Below, in pieces: positions 1 to 11,815 of a stretch of 64,000 nucleotides of DNA. A model generated the notes under the pieces. It did no database searches and was not told the origin of the DNA. It was given only the letters and a program-made list of their open reading frames with translations. Position 1 is the first letter of the stretch. Every line of letters begins with the position of its first letter. Location: assembly GCF_018977255.1 (NCBI RefSeq), contig NW_024704742.1:88476001-88540000 (forward strand), read 5' to 3'. Both the position numbers and the translations under genes were made by a program. Source of the DNA: Callorhinchus milii. Taxonomy: Eukaryota.

Positions 1-192
1 TCCATACAAAACACACACACTTACACACACACACATACATACATACAAAACACACACTTACACACACACACACATACATACATACATACATCCATACAAA
101 ACACACACACTTACACACACACACATACATACATCCATACAAAACACACACACATACATCCATACAAAACACACACTTACACACACACACAC
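1..192. repeat. Compound (CA)n/(CATA)n microsatellite with recurring TCCATACAAAACACAC units
   Basis: Directly visible; truncated by the window start. Confidence 0.9.
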
Positions 193-1276
193 GAGGTGGC
201 ATTTCGATCGAGCTGTTCAAGTGGAGGAAAATGAATCACACAAACGGCAAATGCACCGCTCGTTGCCAACGGTTTACAACCTGGAGACAACACGACAAAT
301 ATCTCACAGATTGTTTTTTTTAAAAAAAAATCATATCAGTCGGCGGTGGTGCAGGAGAGCCGCTGGATATCCATAGATCGAATGTGGAATTGAGTTTGGT
401 AAAGGGAGAACGAGGGCGGAATAAACCATGAACGAGCAAACTGGGTGTCAAGGTCAAGACAGATGAACAGCAGAAGGAGTGCAAACTTTCACATTATACA
501 CTTGAAAGTGTTTCCCACCTCCCAAAGCAGAGTGAGGACCAGGTAAAGGGGGAGAGGAGAGGAGGGTGTGTGTGTGGTGGGGGGGGGGTTAAGACTATGT
601 ACAACATCGTGTTACAACCAAAGGAAAATTCAGAGAAAAGGCAAAACAAAATAAGAACTGAATATCCAGAGTGTGTGAGAGTGTCGCAAGGAAATAATTC
701 GAGAGAAAGGGAGAGAGAGGGAGAGACAGAGACAGACAGAGATGATAAAAAGATGAGCAGAGTGACAGAGACGGGCTTTGTGAAACATGAGAGCAAACTT
801 CCACAAGGAATCCAGGGACACAGTGGTATAATTTCCCAATCTCACTGAACCTCCTCCAGTCCACACATCCCGATCAAACACATCCAAAGCGCAACTGGAT
901 TTATGTTCTATCCTCACAACTGCCCTTCTCAACCAGATCATCCCGGGAGGGGGGGGGGGGGGAGAGGGTCCTGAACCCCTTTATTAATTCTGCCAACAAA
1001 TACTCTTTAAGACAACTTTTAATCGAGAAAAAAAAACACGCAAATCGCCACGCAACTGATAGTGGGACTGACTACTGACTGACTACTGACTGACTGGCAA
1101 CAGCCCGACAGCCGCACAGCAGTGAGAGTGTGTTGTGCGTTTGTGCGAACAACATCACAGTCTGTGAGTGTGGGCTCCACATTACCATCCACTTCAGGCG
1201 CATGACATCCGATCATTGCCTTCTTTTACAATGTGTATTTTTTTCAAAATACCTACATATAAAATATATATATTAT

Positions 1277-1310
<34 letters not shown>

Positions 1311-2412
1311 GAAACATACCCCGTCGGTGTCAGTGAGCACCACTCTCATAACACCCACAGATCTGCAACAGGGACCAAACAGACCCACCACTCGCTCCAC
1401 GAGTTATTTGCAAACATTTGATCCGCGAGATTTAATCAGCAAAGTCCTTTTGCTTGTGACTGGGGGTGAAATGTCCACGCCACTGCCAGCAAAACCTTGT
1501 CGGTTAACAGGACAAGGACACCATCCTTTCGATTGCAAAGCGATTTTAGAGTGCACAGCGGTGTGCGGTAAAGGTTTCACTTGAAACTCACACTATTACT
1601 TTTCAGACAAAACTCGACCTGGATTCCACTCTGCATCCCGATCCCCATCAACAGCAACAAAACATTTCAATCCAACAGAGGGGCAACACAAGGTATGAAT
1701 CTACCAATGCAACGCAACGAGGTTTAAGTGTAATTGAGTAACGAGACAAAATATTGAACTAACCAGAGTAAGATAAAAGGAGTTTGACCCAAAGGAGTAA
1801 AGCAACACGACTTGGATCTGACAGAGTAACATAACACACTTGACTTTTATCCAACACAGCAGATAGACAGGACTGCGGATAAGCAGTACTGCATCTTGAG
1901 AGCAAGTTACTTTTCCCACCGCCTTAAATGGCATTTATTGCAGTACGTGGGCAATAGATTGAAGGGTTCCCCTCTCCATGAAATCAGGGGATGGGATCCC
2001 ACTAGAGATCGCTCAATTAGAAATGTAATAATAACAATAATAATAAATTTAAAGTCTTACTGCACGGATCATCGCGTGGCTTTGCGGTGGTGAATTTTGT
2101 CTCTTGCTCAAAGTCTGAGGGACCATTTCCGACTTGTCCCTTTTTTTTATATATTTTATGTTCCACAAGAAGCCAAACTGCGGATCTGATCTGACTGCAA
2201 AAAACACAACTAACTGATCGGCGCAGATCTCACAGAAGTGATTCTTATTTTCCCCCCTCCCCCTTGGGTCAAAATGGTCACAACACCAATACACCGCACA
2301 CTGATGGCTCAAACTTCATAATGATGGAGTTGGATTTTTTTTTAAAAAAAGAACAAGAAAATAAGTATTGTATATAGATAGCTATTAAGATGTCTTATCA
2401 AGTGTAACTTAC

Positions 2413-2465
2413 CTGGTAACTAAAAGTATTCCCCCCACAATCTGCATGCAACACTCGTGACAGAA

Positions 2466-2497
<32 letters not shown>

Positions 2498-2506
2498 CAA
2501 ATGGGT
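2413..2506 (-). other. Candidate non-coding exon 3' end with strong donor (CAG|GTAAGT) of a minus-strand gene
   Basis: + strand ACTTACCTG at 2407-2415 reads CAG|GTAAGT on the minus strand; paralogous to the module at 3978-4043. The exon 5' boundary is unknown. Confidence 0.4.
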
Positions 2507-2688
2507 TACTTTCCAAGTTATTTAACCGTTACCTTAATCCCTGGGGGTGGGGTGGGTGGGGGGTGCAAAGGCTTCACTGAAACTTTGCAGACGTGAGGTG
2601 ACGGCACCTGAACGTGGCGAACTGATCCTCCACCAAAAACCAACCTGGCAACACCCAGACAGCACCAGAGGTGCGCACACGAGGCGCA

Positions 2689-2948
2689 GTGGGTGAGTGG
2701 GTGCGTGGGTGTGTGGGTGGGGGAGTGAGTGAGTGGGTGGGGGATGAGTGTGTGTGTGGGGGTGTGTGTGTGGGTGTGTGTGTGTGTGGGGGGGGGTGTG
2801 TGGGTGTGGGTGTGTGTGTGTGTGGGTGTGTGTGTGGGTGGGTGTGTGGGTGTGTGTGGGTGGGTGTGTGGGTGTGTGGGGTGTGTGTGGGTGTGTGGGG
2901 GGGGTGTGTGTGGGTGGGGGGTGGGGGGGGGGGGTGGGGGGGTGGGGG
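2689..2948. repeat. GT/G-rich low-complexity tract
   Basis: (GT)n interspersed with G runs; explains the overlapping spurious ORFs. Confidence 0.9.
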
Positions 2949-3404
2949 CTGTGCTCACTGCGGGAGGTGTGTAAACGCGGTGGGTTCACGCTTTGCGGGG
3001 GTTTGGTCTCCGTGAGTTGACTTCACACATTACACACAGCCGCTGTCTCCCTGTGCAGAGAGTGGGGGTCACAGCACATTACAGCGCATCGCCGCTCACA
3101 CAGTCACAGCAACTTTTAAGCACTATTTCCCTGTGTTTTTTTTAAAATATACACTACACATATATATCTATATATTATATATATATATAAAACACGTCCC
3201 CCCTCTCTCTGGTAATTGCCCGCACACCACTCCCCAGCCCTCTGTCACCCCCCCCCCCCCCACCCCACCCCCCGGGGGGAGGGGAGGGCTGTCTCCCCGG
3301 AAATCTCTTGAGAGGGGCGACAATTCACAGGCGATAGCAACACACATCGCCATCATTTTATATTTCATGTCAGATAAGAGTTACGTTGATACTTTGATAC
3401 ACAC

Positions 3405-3863
3405 ACCCCCCCCCCACCCTCTGCCCCCCCCACCCTCTGCCCCCCCCACCCTCTGCCCCCCCTCTGCCCCCCCCTCTGCCCCCCCTCTGCCCCCCACCAC
3501 CCTCTGCCCCCCACCACCCTCTGCCCCCCCCACCACCCTCTGCCCCCCCCCACCACCCTCTGCCCCCCCCCACCCTCTGCCCCCCACCCTCTGCCCCCCC
3601 CCACCCTCTGCCCCCCCCACCCACCCTCTGCCCCCCCACCACCCTCTGCCCCCCCCACCACCCTCTGCCCCCCCCCCCCACCCTCTGCCCCCCCACCCTC
3701 TGCCCCCCCCACCCTCTGCCCCCCCCCCTCTGCCCCCCCCACCACCCTCTACCCCCCCACCACCCTCTGCCCCCCCCCCCCCACCCTCTGCCCCCCCATC
3801 CTCTGCCCCCCCCCCCTCTGCCCCCCCCCCCCTCTGCCCCCCCCCCCCCTCTGCCCCCCCCCC
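3405..3863. repeat. C-rich minisatellite, unit ~CCCCCC(CCA)CCCTCTG; G-quadruplex-prone on the minus strand
   Basis: About 25 tandem copies of a CCCTCTG core separated by variable C runs. Confidence 0.9.
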
Positions 3864-3977
3864 AGTGGTTAGCAACACCAATACACATTGCACAATAATG
3901 ATGAGGTTCACACGTTTGAAGGCAAAAAAGGGCAGAGCGGGACCGGTGTGCGGGTCACAGCTGTTACACTGACTTAC

Positions 3978-4043
3978 CGGGTAACTGGAGTCATTGCCCA
4001 ACACTCCGCTTTGCAGCTCTCATGACAGGGAGAGCAAATGGGT
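3978..4043 (-). other. Candidate non-coding exon 3' end with strong donor (CCG|GTAAGT) of a minus-strand gene
   Basis: ACTTACCGG at 3972-3980; paralogous to 2413-2506. Another GTAAGT donor lies at 4066-4071. Confidence 0.4.
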
Positions 4044-4186
4044 CCAACGTGAACATCCACCACACACTTACTCAGGACTCCAGGATGAAGCAGGAAGCTG
4101 ATGGTTAGTGAGTTTTCCCAGTGGATCCCCCCCCCCCTCTCTCTCTCTCTTTCTCTGACTGTAGTGTTATGTATATATATATATTT

Positions 4187-4402
4187 TGGGGTGTGTGTGT
4201 GGGGTGTGTGTGTGGTGTGTGGGGGTGTGTGTGTGGGGTGTGTGTGTGTGGGGGGGTGGTGTGGTGTGTGGGGGTGTGTGGTGTGTGTGTGGGGTGTGTG
4301 GTGTGTGTGTGGGGGGGGGGGTGTGTGTGGGGTGTGTGTGTGTGTGGGGTGTGTGTGTGTGTGTGGGGGGGGGTGTGTGTGTGTGGGTGTGTGTGTGTGT
4401 GG
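4187..4402. repeat. GT/G-rich low-complexity tract
   Basis: Directly visible. Confidence 0.9.
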
Positions 4403-4547
4403 GATGGGGAGGGGAGTTGGAAGAAGGGAGAGAGTAGTTGTGGAAAGTTTTACTGACTTTCAGATCACTGTTGTTTACAACTGCTCTGTGAGCTCAGTGT
4501 TGTGTGTGTGTGTGTGTGAGAGGCTGTATCTATGCCAGTGTCTGGAG

Positions 4548-4578
<31 letters not shown>

Positions 4579-4584
4579 TGCTCC

Positions 4585-4910
4585 ACTAGGCTGCAGGGGG
4601 CGGATAATCGGTCACCGATTTGTTGGAGCTCAGTCAGCCAAGGAGAGAGAGAGAGAGAGAGAGAGGACAGTCCAGTCCACACAACACAAGGAGCCGCAAT
4701 AGCCATTCGCCGAGAGAGAAAGCCATTGCATTCCCTCTCTTCCTCTTATATTGCAGCGCATCTCACATGTTGGGTGGCAAAGGATTGGCAAATTGCTGCA
4801 GTAAATTGCATGAACCCACAAAAGTCGCTTTCTTCTGATATTGCCGCAAGAAGGGCTTTGGTTTGGATGTGTATTTGGTGCATTAACCATTGAGTAAAAT
4901 ATGACCTGTT
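4585..4910 (-). promoter_or_regulatory. Putative promoter/conserved non-coding region of a divergent upstream gene (probably glis3 by synteny)
   Basis: GC box GGGGGCGG at ~4596, ATTGG (CCAAT on minus) at ~4783, CpG-containing sequence free of transposons, upstream of minus-strand donors. GLIS3 lies head-to-head with SLC1A1 in mammals (established); the assignment here is inference. Confidence 0.35.
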
Positions 4911-5306
4911 TCTCTGGACAGAGGGATCGGTCGATCTGTCTGTCTCTGTCTGTCTGTCTGTCTGTGTCCAGTCCACTCAATGTGCTGCTTCCCAGTGAGC
5001 TACCTGTCAGGCTTCAAATCAACAGGTCAACTTTGGTTATCTTCTTGCAATCGGGCTGCATCCCAGACAGGACTGAAGGCAGATAGGTCACTGCTAAAAC
5101 ATGTAGTAACACCAATAATAATCTTTGCATTTGATATAATGCCTTAGCAAGTCGCCGAGACGTCGCAAAAGCGTTTCACAGAATATACTGTAAAGTGAAT
5201 TGACTATAAATACTGTTTGAGCAAATGGTATTGAACCAAAGGATTGGGGTAATTCATTGGCCCCTGACACCTTGCAATAGAAGGCTTTGAGTGTAATAAT
5301 TAAAGA

Positions 5307-5692
5307 CGGCCTGCCTCAGTGGAAGCACTCTTGCCTCTGAGTAAGAAGGTTTTGGGTTCACATCCCATATTGGGACTTGAGCTTATTTAGTCTAAGCTGA
5401 CACCTCATTGTCGGAGGTGCCGCCCTTCGGACGAGACATTAAATCAAGGCCCTGTTTGCTGTTCAGGTGGACGTTAAAGATCCCATGGAACTATTCGAGA
5501 AGAGAAGGGAGTTTCTCCTGGTGTCCTCGCCAACAATCCCCCAGATAAAATTGGTCACTCGTCTCATGGCTGTTTGTGGGACAATTGTGCCGCTGCATTT
5601 GCCAGCAAATACACAGTCACTTAATTTCACAGTAAATCCTGTGAAGCACGAAGAAGTGATAAGGTGCTATATCAAATGCAAGGATTATTATC
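5307..5692 (+). mobile_element. tRNA-headed Deu-domain SINE (family B, SacSINE1/AmnSINE-like), old copy
   Basis: A/B-box-like head, CAGGTGGACGTTAAAGATCCCATGG core, GGCTGTTTGTGGGAC segment, tail ATCAAATGCAAGGATTATTA. Further decayed copies near 8960-9320, 10135-10470, 18040-18260(-), 30450-30740(-), 37100-37400(-), 50270-50505(-). Confidence 0.75.
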
Positions 5693-5764
5693 AATTCTTA
5701 AATAAAAATTGACTTGAACTTTAAACAGATGACGAATCTTAAGAAAGTAAGCAGCTCTACTTGT

Positions 5765-6150
5765 TTGAGGGGTCAGCCGGTAGTTTGACACATGCGGAAA
5801 CCCATTACCATGTTTAAGAGTCTCCAAATTCAACTGAGAATTCCATGCATCCAAACCCACATATGGAAATCCCAGAGATAGATTGTTGGAATAGAATGCA
5901 CTCTCTCTCTCTCTCTCCCTGGGAGAGACGCATCCTGCTTATCTAATTCCAGAGTTTTAGACCCAGATTGGCAAGAGCCGAGGCTTGGGGACCTCGGAGT
6001 GTGCGTTAGGGTTACTTCTGGAGTCTAATCAGCTAAAACAGCATAACTTGCCATTGAGAACACTCTCTGGCAAGCTTTCCTGCTGCTTATCCGGCTCGGA
6101 CAACCCTACCATTTAGGGTTTTGACTTGGGGACCATTGGGTACAGTATGG
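5765..6150 (-). mobile_element. Unclassified ~400 bp interspersed repeat (family U), longest copy
   Basis: Reverse complement aligns with 24985-25250, 34212-34545, 46600-46750, 47690-47870 and 54865-55030 (shared GGAATTAGGTAAGCAGGA and GTAGGTGGGATGCATGGAA-like blocks). Confidence 0.8.
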
Positions 6151-6989
6151 GGATGATAGCGTGCGAAGGAGGAAGGAATGAGCTATGAGCAGGAGCACAG
6201 GAGATGGATGGCTAAACTATGCCTGTGAGCTTGTAAGGTATTTTGTTGATCAGCGCAACCAAAGTTTAGAAAGAACCCCTCTTTTTTCCCCTCCTTTGCC
6301 ACCCATCCCCACCGCAAAATAAATAAAAGTAATATTGTCACTCATTCCAAGACCGTTTGTGGGACACTGCTGTATGCAATTGGCTGCCGCGTTTCTCCCA
6401 CAAAATACACAGTCAATTCACTTTAGTATGTTCTGTGAAGCACTTTGAGACGTTGCGGCAATATGATAAGTCGCTATCAAATGCAAGGACTATTATTATT
6501 ATTACATATTATATATAGGTGAAACTTAAAGGCAGCGAGTTTTCTGTGTTTCCTAATAAGGAATCCTGTTGGAATACCCCTCAACCTGCAGGAACTCTGC
6601 CCTGAAAGCAGATCGGGTGGGGGCAAAGTTCCTGTGGGTCACTGTGAGGTAACGAGAGGGAATCCAGGTTATGAGATGTGGATTCCTTATTATGGTTTCC
6701 TTTTACAAAATAACCCAAACTAGAAGAACAAGAGTTCTTTTAATATTTGAGTGATTGGTTGATCATTTGACAACCAAACTGTGGAATTTTGTGATTGATG
6801 TATTGTATAGACTTATCAATATACTATTAGATTTCTCTGCAGTAAGCAATTAAGCAATTGGATGTCAACCTGTGCCATAAATGGGATTAATAAATAATTT
6901 AGATTCCCTTTAGATAAATGCTATCCTATCAAAGCTGCTTTAACTGGACTAAGTGATGATTGCTTTAATCCTTTGATGACATATTAGAT

Positions 6990-7250
6990 ACCTGCCTCTC
7001 TGCCCCCACCCTCTGGAACTCCATCCCACAGTCCCTCCACCTTGCCCCCTTCCTTGCCTCCTTCAAGATCCGTCTCAAGACACTCCTCTTCGATCATGCC
7101 TTCGGTCATCCTCCTATCCTTTAGCTCCCTGCCCTACAACCCTTCAGATCCCAACCACCAGCTCTGGTGCGGATCCCTGTGTGTCCAGCGCCTTGGGACA
7201 CCCTCTTGATGTGAAAGGCGCTATACAGATGTAATTTGTTGTTATTGTTG
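6990..7250 (+). mobile_element. L2 LINE 3' end fragment
   Basis: CTCTGGAACTCC...TCCTTCAAG ORF2 end, GTGAAAGGCGCTATA motif and (TTG)n tail. Confidence 0.8.
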
Positions 7251-10200
7251 AATGCCTGTAATACTGGGGCAGGCAGATTTCTACCATTTCAAATTTACAT
7301 ATTGCAAGGCTTTGAACTCCCTAATATCGTATGAAAGTTAATCAAATGTTAATCTAATCAGGATTAGATTTATGATGTGAATATTAATCTTACACTTTAA
7401 AAAATACTAAAAGTACACTCAATTTACCTTCCCTTCCCGTCATTTCTCTTTAATACAACGTTTATGCTTATTATAATTACATTCAATGAAATACATTGTA
7501 TTTATTTCTATACTGTTGATCCCTTAGAGTACATGTTTACTCCAGTGCTCTCATGCTGTTGGCTTGTATTCACATTCACAGTCAGGGGGGACAGCTGCCC
7601 ACTCTGATTTTCCACTGCTTTTCTATGCCAGAGATTAACAGGGTCAGCGTTGTGATGCAGACCTGTCAGTCTTCAGGCATTTTGCTGCTAATTGGCCATT
7701 AGGCAATTTCTGAACCAATTTAAGGAAACAAAACTGCTTTAATAAGTCATTCTCAACAACCAAAATGACCAATGGATGCTGGTAAAACAAGAAAGTTTAA
7801 ATTAAAGTATTTTAAAGTAAAGAGGTAAAAAAAGAGGTTCATAAAAAATCACAATACAGTAGTTTAGGCTAAATATTGACGTGTGAGAGAGGTAATTTAT
7901 TATGTTAAATAAAAAGTATGATAGAGAATAGGTGAAAAGAGGACATGGAGTTTAAAAAGGACTGAGTGCTGCAGCAAGCATAATTTTTGACGTGTTTACA
8001 TTTTTATTGAAATTTTTTATATTTATTTTAGTAGATTAGTATTCACATCATACAGCTGAAGTTATCCCTCATCGTGCTCACGCTTTATTTCAGTAATGAT
8101 GTTATTTGGTTCAATGTCACAATATAGAAATTGTAAAATGTGTAGAAGTGGTTGGGAATTGAAGGCAGCCTCGGAACATGTGGTGGTATTCTAAGGGTAA
8201 AACTTGAAAAACAAAGGGAGAAAATGTAATGTAGACATTTTCCTCTTCTTTCTGCAATCCATCATTCCAGTCTCAGATCCCATCATCTGAGAATAATAAT
8301 AATCCTTGCATTTGATATAGCATCTTATCACATCATTGAGAATATACTGCGTAGTGAATTGACTGTATATTGGTCTCAGATTGGCTGAACATAAACTCCA
8401 TCAGTTTCTTTCCAAATAACTGGGGACCTGGATCTCTAGAGACTGCCACGATTACATTGCTGTTTTGGTGTGATTTTTAATTTTCAAGTGCTCAAGCATT
8501 CACTGGTGTCTAAAAATAGCTACTTTTCTTTGTCTATTTTTTAAAAAATTAAACATTTTGCCATCGTCGCATAATAAATTCCATTAGTTGCAATGGTTGT
8601 CCTCCCTGCACCAACAGCATCCTAATTGTACCCAGGCAAGCTAACTCATCTGCAGTGCAGTGCAGTTAATAAATATCCAATGCTTTTATCTGATGTGGCT
8701 TTTCTGAAGATTTTTGACTATCATCTTCAAACTGCCATCAAAAGGGATACGGTTAAAGTCAAAATTTATGGTGTTGCAAATATGCATGTCCACAATAACC
8801 ATATGTGGTGATATCTTGTTAGAGATCTTGTTTAAATTTTTATCTCACTGACATTTGGCATGGTAATTATTACAATATCCCAAACATATATTGCTGAATA
8901 GTGTTGCGCAGATTTATTTCCAATTACAATTAAACCTTCCAATTTCAGCTCCTACCTTTGAGCTCTTGGGGCATTGAGTTGATAGTCTAGGTTGACACTC
9001 TACTGCAGTGCTGGGGTGCACTACATTGTCAGAGGTGCTGAGCTCCAAATAAAACATTAAACCAAGGTTCCATCTGCCTGTTCAGGTGGATGTTAAAGAT
9101 CCCATAGCACAATGTGGAAAGAGAAAAATGTTTCTCCTGGTGCCCTGGTCAATAATAAAATTGACCAATTATTTCATAGCAGTTAGTGCTTACATTGGCT
9201 GCCACATTCACTTACAGATATGCACAGTCACTACACTTTTACACAACACTACAATCATGTGAAGCACTTTGAGACTTTCAATGACGTGATAAGGTATTTT
9301 ATGAAATGCAATGATTATTTATTTATCCAAGTTAATTGATCTAATTTGCGGTATTTCTCGAACAGATCTCAAGAAGGAATCTGAGTAACACAAATGGAAA
9401 CTCCAGGCAGTAACAGAAGATCCACAAGAACTCCACGAGGAAGTGACATATTTCTGGGAAATGGCATATTTATGGAGCAGAGTTTCCAAGGGTCGATGTA
9501 AATTTTAACGGGATCTTGGATCCCATTGGGGAATACTGAGAATTGAACCCCAACGAGCATAATATTAGAAAAATAGAAAGTTGTGACTGCTTTATACCAG
9601 GACAGGAATTCTTACATACAGTGCTGCTCTACACTTAGAATGTGCTGTTTGTTGTATTTTGCTTCTATTTCTTCAACTACAGATTTGTGTCTAAAGAAGA
9701 AAAGCACCATTTCCTGAAACGTGTAACACAAACCTTGATTGATATGGAGGTGAAATGTGCTTGGAACCATATGCGATCATTCCTACTACCATCGTTGATA
9801 ATTTCCACAATGATAATTTAATTTCAAGTAAATATTTGACATATTTCACTGAGATGACATTCAGCAATGTAATTGCTGAAACCATTTCCCTTTGAAAATC
9901 GTTTCTGTGGAGAGGGTTCCAAGGAAAAACATTCTAAACCCGCAAACCACAAATATAGTGTGTTCAGTGCTCCACTCCCACTGCCTCCAGCTGCATTGGA
10001 ACAAACCCACAAAGAAATATAGTGCATCATTAAATACATCATTTTACTTTTTTACCTGATTACATTTAACTGGTTATTTACTAAACTTTTTTTTAAACAT
10101 GTAGTAATGGACATACATGCTAATAATTCATGGGTCGTGAGTTTACGGTTCAAGCCCCATGCACAGATTTTGAGCTGACAGTCCAGAGTAGATTGACACG

Positions 10201-10679
10201 CAGGGGAGCACTGCAGTATTGGTAGTGCCACCCTTCAGATCAGAAATTAAACTGAGGTCCCTTCTGACTGTTCAGGTGGATGTTGAACATTCCATGTCAC
10301 TATTTGAAAAGAGATGGGAGTTTCTGACATTCAACAATCCTCCAGACAAAGTTAGTCATCCAGACCTTGCTGTGCATAAATTGGCTCCTGCATTCCCATA
10401 CAAATACACACAGTTTATAGTAAACGATGTAAGAGTGCTTTGAGACATTTTGACCACTTGATAGGGCAATAGAATACACATTTGTACAATGCCTTCACAT
10501 TAGGAGGACATCTCAAAGTGCTTTTCAGTGCTGGGTGGGCGAGCTGGGGTGGTGGTGCAGATGGTGGGGAGGGGAAAGATGATTGAAAGTGCAGTCAAAG
10601 AAGTACGTTTCAGACCTTCTTTGAAAGAGGGAAGGGAGGGAGCAACTTGCAGGGACTCCAGGATGGAGTGTCCAATTTT

Positions 10680-11162
10680 ATCTGGAGGATTGTTGGCCTG
10701 GACACCAGGGGAAACTTCTTTTCTGTTTATAATTGTAAAGCCTGAGTCTGCGTTCATAATAATTCTTGGTGCTCTGCAATATTATATTATGAATTCCGTC
10801 ACCCATTCCCAATCTAAGTTATATTTAATAAGAAAAGAGGATCAGTCATTTGCTTCAAATACAAATACTGTATTGCTAGAGTTATTCATGTACTTTAGTG
10901 GTTAGAGCACTTGCCTTGCAAGTGGGAGACCTGGGTTCGATTTCCTCTTGCCTCGGGATCTTTAACAACCACCTGAACAGGAAGATGAAATCTCGGTTTA
11001 ATGTCTCATCCAAAGGATGGTATTTTTGACAATGCACAGGCTCCACCAGCACTGCATTGGAGCACCAATCTAGATGATAATCTCAAAGTTTTGATGTGAA
11101 GCTTGAACCCACAACCTTCTGACTGCGAGGCGAGAGTGCTGCCAGCTGAGTCAGCCTGACAT
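10680..11162 (-). mobile_element. Family B SINE interrupted by a templated insertion (10717-10945)
   Basis: SINE body TGGAGGATTGTTGGCC..GACACCAGG resumes at GGGATCTTTAAC..CACCTGAACAGG; tRNA head at 11100-11160. Confidence 0.7.
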
Positions 11163-11520
11163 CATGCCTTATGCATGTTGAATGATGCATTGTCTATGTA
11201 AAATGCATTTCATAACCATTGTTATCCAAATTTATAAGTAACTTCTAAGCAGTGAACTGTGAAACCGTGAAGAAGTATAATTTCTGAGGATTAATATGCA
11301 TTATCAACAGATATGCTGCTAGTTAACAATGCCATATGCATTACTGGAGTGAGGATAATAGTGATTTTGCAGTTTCTATCAATTGCATTAGGAGAACAAG
11401 AGAATAATATGATTTATTTTAAAGCAATCCAACTTGTAATTTAGCCAATTCCAGTTTGAGGCAAGATCCATAACCCAATAAGGGTAATAAATATTCAAAA
11501 GTAAATAAATACTGTCTTGC

Positions 11521-11815
11521 TGGAGTTATTCCTGTAGCTCAGTGGTTAGAGCATTCGCCTCGCAAGTGAGAGACCTGGGTTCAATTCCCGGCAGGGCAAA
11601 ACGTTGGGCAAGTTTCCTTTCTCCACACGCCTGATAATAATCCCTCAAGTAAAAAACAATAATAAATGGATCACTTCAATCCACAACTGTTTGTGGGACA
11701 CTGCTGTGCGCAATTGGCTGCCACGTTTCGCCCTCAATTACAGTATATTCTGTGAAGCGCTTTGAGATTTCTAGAAGATATGAAAAGCGCTATATCAAAT
11801 GCAAGGATTATTACT
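11521..11815 (+). mobile_element. tRNA-headed Deu-domain SINE (family A)
   Basis: CCTGTAGCTCAGTGGTTAGAGC head, GGTTCAATTCC B box, CTGTTTGTGGGACACTGCTGTGCGCAATTGGCTGCC body, AAATGCAAGGATTATTA tail. Confidence 0.85.

Noticed and set aside
570..848. 92-aa charged ORF
   Set aside because: Driven by GA-rich low complexity; non-ATG start; no recognisable homology.
2408..2421. RFX X-box reading of TTACCTGGTAAC (also TTACCGGGTAAC at 3974)
   Set aside because: Imperfect match; the splice-donor reading explains the conserved ACTTAC better, though a dual role is not excluded.
3405..3863. CRISPR-like array
   Set aside because: No unique spacers, no cas genes, eukaryotic context; a minisatellite.
2518..4589. 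Long Pro/His/Thr-, Gly/Val/Cys- and Pro-rich ORFs (e.g. 3133..3972, 279 aa)
   Set aside because: Open in most frames on both strands only because the GT and C-rich repeats lack stop codons; no protein family signal.
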